A DNA stretch of 64,000 bases from the sequence record PV764601.1; one strand, 5' to 3'. A program made the translations under genes and the position numbers. Below the pieces are notes generated by a model. The model was not told the origin of the DNA. It was given only the letters and a program-made list of their open reading frames with translations, and did no database searches. Numbering within the stretch: position 1 is the stretch's first letter; each line of letters opens with the position of its first letter. Below, piece by piece: positions 46,929 to 58,074 of the stretch.

Positions 46929-47489
46929 CTAAGTACCCGACGCCTTCTCTTCCGCTTCTGTTAGGTATACTCGGCGTCGAACCGTGTTGCGTCTGCTGAA
47001 TTCCGCTGTACGATATGACAGGCGCATAGCAATGGAACGCCATACGTCATCGCCTAGATCGTACTCTTTAGTCCGCCTAACTGAGCGCAGCAACCCTGTC
47101 TTCATTGACAGGACCAATACGCCACAGCCTTCGGGAAACGGATACTTGTCCTTCATTTTCTTCCACACCGTTTCCGTGGTTACGATCCACAGACGATGGC
47201 AGTATCCACAATAGTTGTGCAGCTTCTTGTCAGCACGTAGATCGCTGACGCTGGACTTTATCTCGATTGCGGCGTACTTGCCTTTCAAGGTGTTGCAGAA
47301 TAGGTCCGCGCGGTAGTGGCCCTGTCCACCTCGCCGCGCCCTACCATTTAGACCAAACTCCCGATGGACGGCCCATCCTCTTTTGACCATGTGCCCGATG
47401 GCTGCACGGTACAGCTTCTCCCGCACAGTCACCCGACTGTTAGCTTTGACTACTGCCATGATAGATCGCAGAGTTTGCGCCGTGCTCAC
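46929..47489 (-). CDS. MmcB-like PD-(D/E)XK nuclease
   Basis: RADL...AIEIKSSVSDLRADKKL..Y..YC..LW. Confidence 0.8.
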   Translation of the reverse strand: MSTAQTLRSIMAVVKANSRVTVREKLYRAAIGHMVKRGWAVHREFGLNGRARRGGQGHYRADLFCNTLKGKYAAIEIKSSVSDLRADKKLHNYCGYCHRLWIVTTETVWKKMKDKYPFPEGCGVLVLSMKTGLLRSVRRTKEYDLGDDVWRSIAMRLSYRTAEFSRRNTVRRRVYLTEAEEKASGT

Positions 47490-47904
47490 TTACTTCTACC
47501 GATACCAACCGGCAGCGAGGACTGAACCCTGCATCCTTTAGCCACTGTTCGGTCACAGCGTACACCATTTCGGCGAAGCGCTCGCAACCCGCGTATGGGA
47601 ATACGACAAGGCGCAGGACACCACGGCGGTCTGCTTCCCTGAACCATTCCAGTTCCGGGTCGTCTTCGGCGATGATGGTTGTGTGGTCGAAGTTGTCCGC
47701 GAGGATTTGCTTGAGGTCGTCAAGGCCCCCGAAGTCCACTACCCAATTGCGTTCGTCCAGCTGGTCTGTCTCGAAGACAAACTTGAAGCCAAGGGCGTAC
47801 CCGTGAACCAATCGGCAATGGCTGTCGTGAGCACGCCACTGTCGGAAGGCACAGCTAAAGCCTCGTTCATGGCCCCATGTTTTCGTGCTACGGTACACGC
47901 TCAC
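47440..47904 (-). CDS. queD: 6-carboxy-tetrahydropterin synthase (QueD/PTPS family)
   Basis: HCRLVHGY, WVVDFGGL, FDHT, GCE.FA, EHGANSA. Confidence 0.88.
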   Translation of the reverse strand: MSVYRSTKTWGHERGFSCAFRQWRAHDSHCRLVHGYALGFKFVFETDQLDERNWVVDFGGLDDLKQILADNFDHTTIIAEDDPELEWFREADRRGVLRLVVFPYAGCERFAEMVYAVTEQWLKDAGFSPRCRLVSVEVSEHGANSAIYHGSSQS

Positions 47905-48218
47905 TTCTCCATCAATTGAATGCGGTTTAGGTGTTTCAGGTCAGAGCCGGGAACCAATCGTGCCTTAGACTCACTCACCTTGGCGAATGCCTTGATGATC
48001 TTCGGTTCAAGCTGTCGGCGCAGGAACGCGCTTAGGCTTGTCGCGTTGATGGGGTCGAGCACGATAGTGTTCCCGATCTGTGAATAGAGGTACGTGACAG
48101 TGAGGTTCAGCGTCAGCACTTCTGCTTCGGACTTGTGCTTAGTGCTCACTGTGATGGACAGGCTACCGTCAGGCTGCCCGAACCTTCCACGCAGTTTGTC
48201 GATAGCCTGTTGCATCAT
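47901..48218 (-). CDS. Hypothetical protein
   Basis: Coupled ORF. Confidence 0.7.
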   Translation of the reverse strand: MMQQAIDKLRGRFGQPDGSLSITVSTKHKSEAEVLTLNLTVTYLYSQIGNTIVLDPINATSLSAFLRRQLEPKIIKAFAKVSESKARLVPGSDLKHLNRIQLMEK

Positions 48219-49687
48219 TATTCCTCGTCCTCCTGTTCCTCAGCGGCACCCGCCTTGGAATGCTGGTACATGAGTTCCTTAGCCTTGCCCGACTTGATCT
48301 GCTTGAGACAGAACGCCTTTATGTCGAACGGCTTGAGCTTCATCTTACGGAAGTGTTCCTTGCGCTCGGCGCCCTTGAGCAGGATCATCTTCTTGAGGTC
48401 AACCATGTTGGCCTTGAACTCTTGACCCTTGTTCAATTTGACCGAGAACTTCTTCTGGCTGCCGGACAACTGGCCCGTCATCTTGAGGAAGTACCACACG
48501 TCGAACGCGGGACAGAAGCCATGCGCGATACCGTCTTCGTCAGCCACCCAAATGCGAGCGAAGCACTCATGGCCCGGAACGGCCAGCTTGTTCTTCTTCG
48601 CAACCATGTGGATGTACCGATACTTGTCAGTACCTTCGCCAGTGATCGAAGTCTCTTCATGCACAGGACCGCTCGCACCACTCAGGCCGATCTGCGGGGT
48701 GCTAAGAGCACGCGGCGTTTGCCAGATACGAATGTCCGACTGGAAGCGCAGCGCCTGACCACCGGGTTCATAGCGAGGATCACCCTGCGCCATCGGCTTC
48801 TCACGAAGCTGGTTCACACCCATTAGGATCGCGTTCTTACGACGCAGCTTACCCTTGATCTTCGACAGGTTAGCGGCCAGCAGACGTGCAACCGCTGCGA
48901 GGCCCGCTGCCGGATCATCATCGTCCATGTTCTCAGGGACCAAGCTAACCCAGCTATCCAACACGATCACGCACTGCGGTGCGTTGTTCGGTGCCTGTAC
49001 GTAGAACTTGTTGTGCTTGGAGAAGAAACTCTTGTTGTACCGATCACCAACGATCCTACGGTTCTCCTTGGTGTTCTCGTACACGTAGTACCACTGCTGA
49101 TCCATCAACTCCATGTCCGGCAGACGACGCAGGATCATCGCCAGTGCATTGAGCAGTAGTTCACCGCGCTCTTCCGGGTAGTAGCGGATGCGAGGACGTA
49201 CAGCCCACGACCCGTCCTTGGCGCGCTGGCCAAAGATTTCCTCTACCGGAATTCGATTCTTCATCATGTTGCTCATGTAGACTGCATCGGTCGAACCCTC
49301 GGGGTCGGCAGACACAATCAGACCGGGCTGTTCTTCTTCCGGCAGGTCGAGCAAGGTGGCGAGGAAGTTAGAGCAGTTGGTGGACTTGGCAGACTGTTCA
49401 CCACCGACGTTCGTTACCATTGCACCATACACGTAGCCACCACCCAGCAGCATGTCCTGACAGAGCAGTCCCGAGTGCATGGCGTAGTCGAAACGATTCT
49501 GCATGTTGCTAGACAGCTTGGACTTCTTTTCCACGACCGTGATAACGTCGTCGTAGTTAGGACGCCAAACCTTTACCGCAGGTGCAGAAGCCTTGAGTTT
49601 AGCTGGGGCTTCCTTCTTCTTGGAGGCAGCCTTGGCCGCTCCCTTCTTTACCGATTTCTTTGCAGGCTTGACAGCCTTCTTTGCCAT
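48218..49687 (-). CDS. RecA/UvsX-like recombinase with H1-like basic N-tail
   Basis: GGEQSAKST Walker A variant, VLDS Walker B, NQLREK, PGGQALRFQSDIR; start moved to MAKKA. Confidence 0.88.
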   Translation of the reverse strand: MAKKAVKPAKKSVKKGAAKAASKKKEAPAKLKASAPAVKVWRPNYDDVITVVEKKSKLSSNMQNRFDYAMHSGLLCQDMLLGGGYVYGAMVTNVGGEQSAKSTNCSNFLATLLDLPEEEQPGLIVSADPEGSTDAVYMSNMMKNRIPVEEIFGQRAKDGSWAVRPRIRYYPEERGELLLNALAMILRRLPDMELMDQQWYYVYENTKENRRIVGDRYNKSFFSKHNKFYVQAPNNAPQCVIVLDSWVSLVPENMDDDDPAAGLAAVARLLAANLSKIKGKLRRKNAILMGVNQLREKPMAQGDPRYEPGGQALRFQSDIRIWQTPRALSTPQIGLSGASGPVHEETSITGEGTDKYRYIHMVAKKNKLAVPGHECFARIWVADEDGIAHGFCPAFDVWYFLKMTGQLSGSQKKFSVKLNKGQEFKANMVDLKKMILLKGAERKEHFRKMKLKPFDIKAFCLKQIKSGKAKELMYQHSKAGAAEEQEDEE

Positions 49688-49710
49688 ACTGGATTCCGTC
49701 GAAAATACCG

Positions 49711-49746
49711 AAAAATAAGGGAGGACGTGGGGTAGCACGTCCTCCC
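49711..49746 (-). terminator. Intrinsic terminator after the SSB gene
   Basis: Minus strand GGGAGGACGTG-CTACCC-CACGTCCTCCC-TTATTTTT. Confidence 0.9.
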
Positions 49747-49853
49747 AAATCTGATGGTCCCAGGATGCCTCAAAACCCCTAATCCTACCGACTTTTGGGC
49801 GTTTTGAGGCAAGGATTTTCCTGTGTTTTTAGGCCAATCAGGGACTGCCGAGG

Positions 49854-51468
<1,615 letters not shown>

Positions 51469-51491
51469 AGTTGGGTCTCCTGTTGAATCAC

Positions 51492-52508
51492 TTATTGTTT
51501 ACAAGAATGTCGTTTGGCGTCGATGCGTACCACTTCATGCGGAAGCAGCAGTTCCTCAATGCCCAACTCTTGGCGCGCAAAACCATCCGGGTCAGCAATC
51601 TTTGCCAGCAGGCGTACCCGCTGTGCCCGATCTTCCTCGGTGAGTTTCTCAAACTCATCTGTGCTATCCGGTTGGTTGAACACTTCCTCAGTCTCAAAGT
51701 CCGAAGAAATATTCACCAGTTGTAGATCGCCCCTAGCCACAGCCCGCTTTGCATGCGGAGACAGGGAGTATGCGATCCCGTACTCATGAGACTGTGTAGG
51801 CGAATGCTTGGCATTCGTGATCCAGTTCTGAGTATAAGGAGCGAGCGTTCCCTTATCGGGGTTCATCTTGTTCACCGCTTTGTTCACCGCCAGCACAAAG
51901 TTTTGCGTTACGTCTTCAAGGTCAGTGCGTGGATTCTCCCGGTTGAACTTCACCGCTTGCATCATGGCGTGCCGCATGAACCGTTCAAGAATCTGATTCC
52001 TGAATTTGGTAGCTTCGGTTTCCCATGACTTGACGCGTTGAAGCACGCGACCTAGGTTCTTACCCGCACCGACTAGCTGCTCAATTCTCTCCATAGCTAT
52101 CCGACGCGACGGCAGGCGCTTCTGAGCGTAAAGCACCTCCAATTTCGGATAGTCCTTGGCCAACGTGCAGAAGCGCTTGATGATGAAGAAGAGGATGTTT
52201 CTCTCCAGCTTCATTCGGCGCACCAAGCGCACCTTATCCTGAGCCTTGTCGGCCAACAAGTACAGGTTCATGAGGTGCAGAACCTTGGGCTTGTCAACCG
52301 AACTAATCTTGCGTCCTGTGTTTGTTGCGTACCAGCAAAGCATCGCTGGCATGTTTCTATCAAAGAACTCCGTGTGCCTGATGATAGGCTCCACGGCCAG
52401 CATGAGAAGCTGGTCCAATGCAGTCATCATCTGACTATCATTCCAGCGTCCCTGCATCGTTTCCTTGACTGTCTTTGTAGCTTGGATAGATGCAGAGTTG
52501 CGACTCAT
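51492..52508 (-). CDS. Phage sigma-70-family factor (region 2 recognisable)
   Basis: EDVTQNFVLAVNKAVNKMNPDKGTLAPYTQNWI resembles region 2.2-2.4. Confidence 0.75.
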   Translation of the reverse strand: MSRNSASIQATKTVKETMQGRWNDSQMMTALDQLLMLAVEPIIRHTEFFDRNMPAMLCWYATNTGRKISSVDKPKVLHLMNLYLLADKAQDKVRLVRRMKLERNILFFIIKRFCTLAKDYPKLEVLYAQKRLPSRRIAMERIEQLVGAGKNLGRVLQRVKSWETEATKFRNQILERFMRHAMMQAVKFNRENPRTDLEDVTQNFVLAVNKAVNKMNPDKGTLAPYTQNWITNAKHSPTQSHEYGIAYSLSPHAKRAVARGDLQLVNISSDFETEEVFNQPDSTDEFEKLTEEDRAQRVRLLAKIADPDGFARQELGIEELLLPHEVVRIDAKRHSCKQ

Positions 52509-52909
52509 AGCTTCTTGGATCGTATTGCTAAGGCGATGCGCAGAGTGTGGTGGCAGAGCATCATGACTCCGCCCGGATTGCGAATGTTAGGCATGCTGCC
52601 GTCAGAGTACCGAATGCTACTGGCACCCTGCTTAGTCAGCAGCACTTCCTGTCCGTAGAAGACTTGGAATCCGCAGTCACACCACACCTTTACGTAGCCC
52701 TCACCGAGTAGAGTGTCAGGCTCTACGCACTGAATCTCTACCCGATGCTTGTCATGCGCGCCCTTGTCGCTGACGCGCTGTACTACGGCTCTGATGGTGC
52801 GAAGGCCCGAACGGCTCAGTCCGGCGCTGGCATTCAAGATGCGAGTCTCTCGTGCCTTCTCGTACTGAACCTTCGGGCAAAGCGCCATCAAGTCTGTGAT
52901 GGTCTTCAC
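52505..52909 (-). CDS. SWIM-like Zn-finger protein
   Basis: WCDC...LCHH. Confidence 0.65.
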   Translation of the reverse strand: MKTITDLMALCPKVQYEKARETRILNASAGLSRSGLRTIRAVVQRVSDKGAHDKHRVEIQCVEPDTLLGEGYVKVWCDCGFQVFYGQEVLLTKQGASSIRYSDGSMPNIRNPGGVMMLCHHTLRIALAIRSKKL

Positions 52910-54618
52910 TTCTTTTTCTTCTTGACCTTCTGCTTACCGGGGCGTTTGCTTCGAGTCACACCCATCGCCTTGTTACCGATCTTGGTCGCGCTGGCGATGT
53001 TCTTCTTCTTGCGGCCTGCCTTGTCCAACTTGACAGGTTCGACAACCTCGGGCTCAGGAGCCGCGCCTTCCTCAGCTTCCAGCTTCACCTTCTTTTTCTT
53101 CGGTGGGGCAGGCTTGCGTTCAGGGGTAGAGGACAACTTGAGCCTACCAGCCTGGGCGTCTTCATACTTCTTGAGGATCGCCAAGTCTCGGGTGGGATCA
53201 GCCGTCTCTTCCATTTCGATGCCCGAGAACAGAGTCTTGGTAGCACCTGTGTCACTGTCCGTCTTCGGCAAGTAGAACGCGAATTCCTTTCGCGCATCAG
53301 CCAAGCCCGAGGTCTTGACCATATCAACAAAGTCCAACGTGTGGAAGAACTCTTGCAGCTGCTTGCGCTTGGCCTTGGAGTTACCGAACAAGGTGCGCAA
53401 AGCATCCTTTGCTTCGCCGACAGGCACACCCGCCACCCGATCGTACAGGGACTTCTGGAACATTTGGATCGAGAACAGATTGTGGTACACCAGCAGCAGC
53501 GTGATCGTGTTGCTATTGACCATGCTTAGAACGTCGGTGTACTTCACCACTGAGCAGATAGGGCAGGTGCAGTTGAGCAGCTGGTTGCCGCCCGGATGGT
53601 AGCCACCCGCGTCAGCGTAGAACAGCACTTCCGGCAGCGCTTCGGTGCCGTTGGGCTTGTAATACTTGCGCCCATTAGCTGCCTGTAGGTGCGAGCTACT
53701 ATCCGAGGTGATGAGGGGCGCAATGTCGCTACCACTCAAACGCATCAAGGGAATCGTCTGCGTGATGTTGGCGATACCCAGCGCGTGATAGTGCTTGTAT
53801 CGCTGCCCACCTGTCATGATGGCGCACAGGCGGTCGATACTCGACAGGATGGAACCGAAGTAGATACCACCGACTGCAAGGCGATCAATGTCAGGGCGTT
53901 CAACGATCTTGCGGAAGGTGTCCATTTCCTTGCCGACCGCACCGTGGATGATGTTCAGCAGTTCCAGACCCGGCCGCTTGTTGTCCATCATGATGCGTGT
54001 GTTCTCAGCCTGCACCTTGGCGGACCGAGTGTAGATTTCAAGGCCGTTGGACGCCAGCGGCGTATCCAGCACCATGCCCCAATCCACATTGTCGTTGTAC
54101 CACGTGACCAGTTCCTTCGGGTCGATGTAGTCCACCGTACCCTTGACCAACTGGAAGCCACCGGAGTCTGCGATGATCTTGGTATGCTGGTCGATCCCGT
54201 AGCGGAAGTCCTTGCGACGGATGCCCGAAGAGCGTTTCTCCTTACCGATGTAGCTGGTGTAGTTCGTCATCACGCAACCATATTCAAGGTCGGCGGACGA
54301 ATGTTCCCAGAACGGCGAGAAGTTGTAGAACTCGTCGTAGGTGCCCTGCATGGGCCGGTAGATATGGGCACGCTGACCATTGGCTACGATCAGCAGTTCC
54401 CGGTCAGGACACTTGATACGCATGAAGTCGCTATCATGATCCACCACAGTTACGTGGCTCGGACCTCGACCATAGCGCACATAGATATGCACGCCTCCGC
54501 GCTTTGAATACTCACTTGCCGCAGGAACAAAGTTGTAGCTGGCTCCGCTTCGGAAGTCAGAGGCGGGAGTCCACCCTCCCCACGGTGCCCCTCCCGTTTT
54601 CTTCTTGCTCATTCTCAA
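52906..54618 (-). CDS. TGT/DpdA-family 7-deazaguanine transglycosylase
   Basis: DSGGFQ, MVLD, IHG, AVGG, HALG, SDSSS, CTCPIC...HN Zn site. Confidence 0.85.
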   Translation of the reverse strand: MRMSKKKTGGAPWGGWTPASDFRSGASYNFVPAASEYSKRGGVHIYVRYGRGPSHVTVVDHDSDFMRIKCPDRELLIVANGQRAHIYRPMQGTYDEFYNFSPFWEHSSADLEYGCVMTNYTSYIGKEKRSSGIRRKDFRYGIDQHTKIIADSGGFQLVKGTVDYIDPKELVTWYNDNVDWGMVLDTPLASNGLEIYTRSAKVQAENTRIMMDNKRPGLELLNIIHGAVGKEMDTFRKIVERPDIDRLAVGGIYFGSILSSIDRLCAIMTGGQRYKHYHALGIANITQTIPLMRLSGSDIAPLITSDSSSHLQAANGRKYYKPNGTEALPEVLFYADAGGYHPGGNQLLNCTCPICSVVKYTDVLSMVNSNTITLLLVYHNLFSIQMFQKSLYDRVAGVPVGEAKDALRTLFGNSKAKRKQLQEFFHTLDFVDMVKTSGLADARKEFAFYLPKTDSDTGATKTLFSGIEMEETADPTRDLAILKKYEDAQAGRLKLSSTPERKPAPPKKKKVKLEAEEGAAPEPEVVEPVKLDKAGRKKKNIASATKIGNKAMGVTRSKRPGKQKVKKKKK

Positions 54619-54854
54619 TCCTTCTTCTCAGCGGCCTGTCGGTACCACTCAGGAAGCTGATGATAGCGCACAATGGCGTTGTCCATCTGACGCTGTAACG
54701 TAGGGCTCAGGGTGACTTCCCTCGGACTCCAGATAATGGTACCCGGTTCCGCAGTGGTGGTCAGCTTGGCGTTGATAGTGTGGTGCACGTCCAGCGCAGT
54801 TGCGACAGGCTTTGACTGGTGCCCGGTCATGGCGTTACTCCTTGGTAGCTTCAA
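54615..54854 (-). CDS. Small hypothetical protein
   Basis: Coupled ORF. Confidence 0.55.
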   Translation of the reverse strand: MKLPRSNAMTGHQSKPVATALDVHHTINAKLTTTAEPGTIIWSPREVTLSPTLQRQMDNAIVRYHQLPEWYRQAAEKKD

Positions 54855-55779
54855 TGGTTTTGAGTAGGAGGGTCCGAATGCGCTTAGGAAGTTGGATGCC
54901 CGTCATGTGCATCGCCAGAGCTTCGCAGAAGAATTCGTTCCAGTTCTTGTTGGCGTAATCAGTGAGGGGCACTTCGTTGTCCGCTAGGTCCAGCGGGTGC
55001 GTCGGCCAGTAATCCTCAAGTGTGTATCCCTGTTCCAGCAGTTCCTCAATGTCACGCTTCTTGAGGCCGTAGTTGGAATGAATCGAGTCGATGCAGAGGT
55101 CGAGCTTCTCAGGGTCCACACCGTCAACACCATTGAGCGATCCTGTCCCTTCCACCAGCGCCCGAATGGCACGGATTTCGTCAGGGTCCAATTTGCTCAA
55201 CGTGGTGTAGTGGGTGTACGCCTTGATCCAGCGAGCGCGATACTCGACAGGCATCATGCGATCAAGGATGCCGTGGCCTGCCTCATGGTAGAACAGACGG
55301 ACCAGTTCATCGTAGTGGAACTCACGGGGCTTGAGGCACAGCACGTCAGTTTCCTGTGCCTTGTGAATCTTGTAGTAGCCGATTTCGCTACCCTTCGCCA
55401 ATCGCACTTCAATGGTCAGGGGTGCGAACGCAACCAATCCCAACTTCTTTAGGTGCTTCCACGACTTCGCAGCTGCCCGTTTGATCGTCTTCTTTTCGTC
55501 ACGCTCTAGGTCGCGGTAGTAATGGATATGGCCCCATCCGTCAATCTCGGCGGAGCTAACGTAGGGTTCGATCTTGCAGCCGTACACTAATCCCGGCTGT
55601 GGGTTTTGACCGAGGTTGAGAATTACAGATTCAGTGGACACCGTTTCTGTGATCCGACGACCTTCAACCTTGCTCTCTTCTCGACGGACGACCAACTCGC
55701 CTTCATTCGGGATAGAGACGATCTTGACGAGCGCATTTTTGCGCCCGTTTTTGATAATCAGAAAATCACCTTGATGCAC
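54835..55779 (-). CDS. Zincin-like metallopeptidase-domain protein
   Basis: YHEAGH plus YA..NWNEFFCEAL. Confidence 0.7.
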   Translation of the reverse strand: MHQGDFLIIKNGRKNALVKIVSIPNEGELVVRREESKVEGRRITETVSTESVILNLGQNPQPGLVYGCKIEPYVSSAEIDGWGHIHYYRDLERDEKKTIKRAAAKSWKHLKKLGLVAFAPLTIEVRLAKGSEIGYYKIHKAQETDVLCLKPREFHYDELVRLFYHEAGHGILDRMMPVEYRARWIKAYTHYTTLSKLDPDEIRAIRALVEGTGSLNGVDGVDPEKLDLCIDSIHSNYGLKKRDIEELLEQGYTLEDYWPTHPLDLADNEVPLTDYANKNWNEFFCEALAMHMTGIQLPKRIRTLLLKTIEATKE

Positions 55780-55807
55780 AAATGTCTCCAGCGGGACGTT
55801 TCAATAC

Positions 55808-56395
55808 TCAGCGTTTATTTACAGGATTGATCTTTACGAGGATTCCCTGCAACGCCTGCCCCAACTTGTCTTGGAGGTTCTCCAGAGGCAAGCCCGAGGG
55901 TGCGGAAATTTGGTAGTCGATGTAGTTGCTAAGGTCTTGGATTTCGACCCGATGATTGTGGAGGCCGTCCACAATGGGCTGGTCTTCGCGCTGCACTTCG
56001 ATGACGGTAAAGCCAGCACGTCGCAACACCATAGCCTCGATGGGGAAGCGCAGGTCCGTCACTACGATGTTGTCAGAGTGATAGTGGACCGATGCTTCCT
56101 TAGTCAGGGCGCGCGCAAAGAAGTCCTGCCCGAAACGTGGCTTGATGTAGTTCTCCGCCATATCGCGCCAAATGTCGCGCTTGCTCAGGTAGTCCCCTGC
56201 GATGTTACGGATCAGAGGACTGTCCTTGTCCTCCTCATCGTTAGCATCCCATCCGAACATTTCTGCGGCAGCCATCTTGACTGGAGTAGCGAACCGAAGG
56301 CGTACAAAGTCGAAGCGATCAACGAGAATATCTGCGCTGGTATCCTTGCCCGAGTGCGGCAAGCCGCAGAGTGCGATGCGGATGGGATTAGTCAC
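55808..56395 (-). CDS. Deoxynucleoside monophosphate kinase
   Basis: GLPHSGKDT, RFATPVK, VVTDLRFPIE. Confidence 0.9.
   Translation of the reverse strand: MTNPIRIALCGLPHSGKDTSADILVDRFDFVRLRFATPVKMAAAEMFGWDANDEEDKDSPLIRNIAGDYLSKRDIWRDMAENYIKPRFGQDFFARALTKEASVHYHSDNIVVTDLRFPIEAMVLRRAGFTVIEVQREDQPIVDGLHNHRVEIQDLSNYIDYQISAPSGLPLENLQDKLGQALQGILVKINPVNKR
55816..55825 (-). promoter_or_regulatory. Putative phage promoter CCTGTAAATA
   Basis: Exact motif at the end of the kinase gene, 37 nt before the next start. Confidence 0.6.
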
Positions 56396-56397
56396 TG

Positions 56398-57393
56398 TTA
56401 GTCCTTGGGTTTGATCTGACCCTTTAGGGCCTTGTCGATTTGTTTGAGCAATTGTCGGCGTCTAAAGCATACGTTGACTAACGGACACTCATCGTATCTG
56501 CTGTGCATCTTCTGATCGTAGTCATCCCGATCAGCGCAGGGCTTTTCCTCGATCAACTCGATGAAGAGTTTCTTGGAACGCTTGGCTACAGCTTCCTTCA
56601 TCGTGACGAACAGTGCATCGTCGCGCACTGCCTTCCGATATTCCTTCTTCTTGCGCTTACGCGTAGCGGGCAAGTACACGAACGCCACGTCACGGACAGT
56701 CTCGCGGCTCACGTAAGCCAAGATTGCGCCCATGACCGTAGTGCCTTCAAAGCGACCGCCGGGTTCAAACTCCTTGGCGAACACCTTTTCAAACAGACCG
56801 ACGTAACGCATGATCTGCGCGCGGTTGGCTGGGTATGGGAAGTAAGGCTCACCAGCAGGAGCGCCAGCGCGATGCTTGCGTATCGCCATAGAGCCCGTGG
56901 TCTTGTAGTCAAGAATGAAGAGGCAGTTGCCCACCCGGATCACCTTGTCGATGTGGCCAACGGTGGTACGCCAGTGGATAGAGATTTCCTCGTACTCGGG
57001 CGTGCCTCCGCACTTGCATGGCTTGTAGATGGTGAATCTACGCTTCCGACCGCATGCCTTGCAGTGCCAATGGCCTAGTGTCTCGACCTTGAGTTCTACG
57101 CCTTTGGAAACGGCCAAACGGCCCACGAAATTCTGCAAGAGTTCGTGAACCGCTGTACCGATGGAGGTGTAGAAGCTTTCGTTGAAGCTGGAGTAACGCT
57201 CTGTCTCCACGCCATTGACCACACGATTGTAGCCGACTTTGAGGGGACAGAAAGGGAGGGCGGAAGGTCGCAGGAATTCGTTACGTGATTGATCCACGGG
57301 GTCCATGCCACCGTGGTCGATTGCTTCCTTCCACCAAGAGAACAACTGTCGCTGCACCCAAGTATTGTCAGGAGGTGCGGTGAATTTTTTCAT
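56398..57393 (-). CDS. Cas4-like PD-(D/E)XK exonuclease
   Basis: LRPSALPFCP, GT.VHE, GHID, LDYKT, C-terminal CP..C. Confidence 0.8.
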   Translation of the reverse strand: MKKFTAPPDNTWVQRQLFSWWKEAIDHGGMDPVDQSRNEFLRPSALPFCPLKVGYNRVVNGVETERYSSFNESFYTSIGTAVHELLQNFVGRLAVSKGVELKVETLGHWHCKACGRKRRFTIYKPCKCGGTPEYEEISIHWRTTVGHIDKVIRVGNCLFILDYKTTGSMAIRKHRAGAPAGEPYFPYPANRAQIMRYVGLFEKVFAKEFEPGGRFEGTTVMGAILAYVSRETVRDVAFVYLPATRKRKKKEYRKAVRDDALFVTMKEAVAKRSKKLFIELIEEKPCADRDDYDQKMHSRYDECPLVNVCFRRRQLLKQIDKALKGQIKPKD

Positions 57394-57427
57394 TATGGGT
57401 ACCGGTTAGCGACAATCCTGTCTGGAG

Positions 57428-57790
57428 TTATGCGGCTACCGTTTCTCCTTTATGTGTGCGATCATGCAACCATCCTTTCCATCCCGTCTTCTTGCCAGTG
57501 GGAGTAAGGACCAATTCGTAGATGACTGTTGAGGCCGATAGGGATGGGCACTCGTAGGTCACTGTCTGAATCAATGTTCGTTGTAGATTCGCGGAGTTGC
57601 CAAGGGCGTCATGCTCGTTGGCAAACACACGGTTGCGCATACTGAAATTGGCGGCAGGAAATGCGACTTCCCGAAGGTAGTGTTTGAGGCTTTCGTGCAT
57701 GAACTCGCTGAATACACGGGCGAATCCATCGTGGGTGGTTGGACAAGGGACTTCCGCAGTTAACCGATCTTGATGTCTACGAAATCGCAT
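57428..57790 (-). CDS. Hypothetical protein
   Basis: ORF. Confidence 0.55.
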   Translation of the reverse strand: MRFRRHQDRLTAEVPCPTTHDGFARVFSEFMHESLKHYLREVAFPAANFSMRNRVFANEHDALGNSANLQRTLIQTVTYECPSLSASTVIYELVLTPTGKKTGWKGWLHDRTHKGETVAA

Positions 57791-58074
57791 GGCGGCCCGC
57801 TCAACAAAGTTGTGTGGTCAGGGAAGGTCATCCTCGGGAGGATTTCCCGAGCACGCTCTACGTTCTGCTGATGACTGATACCGAGCCAGAAGTCAGGGGT
57901 GGTTCCCCAATATCGGGCGAAGGCAGCGGCCATCAAGGGGTCAATCATGCACCAGCCCTTCCCGATGTTGGCATGGATAGCCTGCTCGGGAATGCCAATG
58001 CGCTGTGCGAACTGAGACAGGGTGATTCCTGCCTCAGCCAGTCGGGTGTCCAGTTCAGTGAGAACTGCCGTCAT
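57760..58074 (-). CDS. HigA-like XRE HTH protein (orphan antitoxin-like)
   Basis: ITLSQFAQRIGIP...MAAAFARYWGTTPDFWLG. Confidence 0.75.
   Translation of the reverse strand: MTAVLTELDTRLAEAGITLSQFAQRIGIPEQAIHANIGKGWCMIDPLMAAAFARYWGTTPDFWLGISHQQNVERAREILPRMTFPDHTTLLSGPPCDFVDIKIG

Noticed and set aside
56398-57393. Cas4-like gene as evidence of a CRISPR-Cas system
   Set aside because: No other cas genes or array; solo Cas4-like nucleases are common in phage recombination modules
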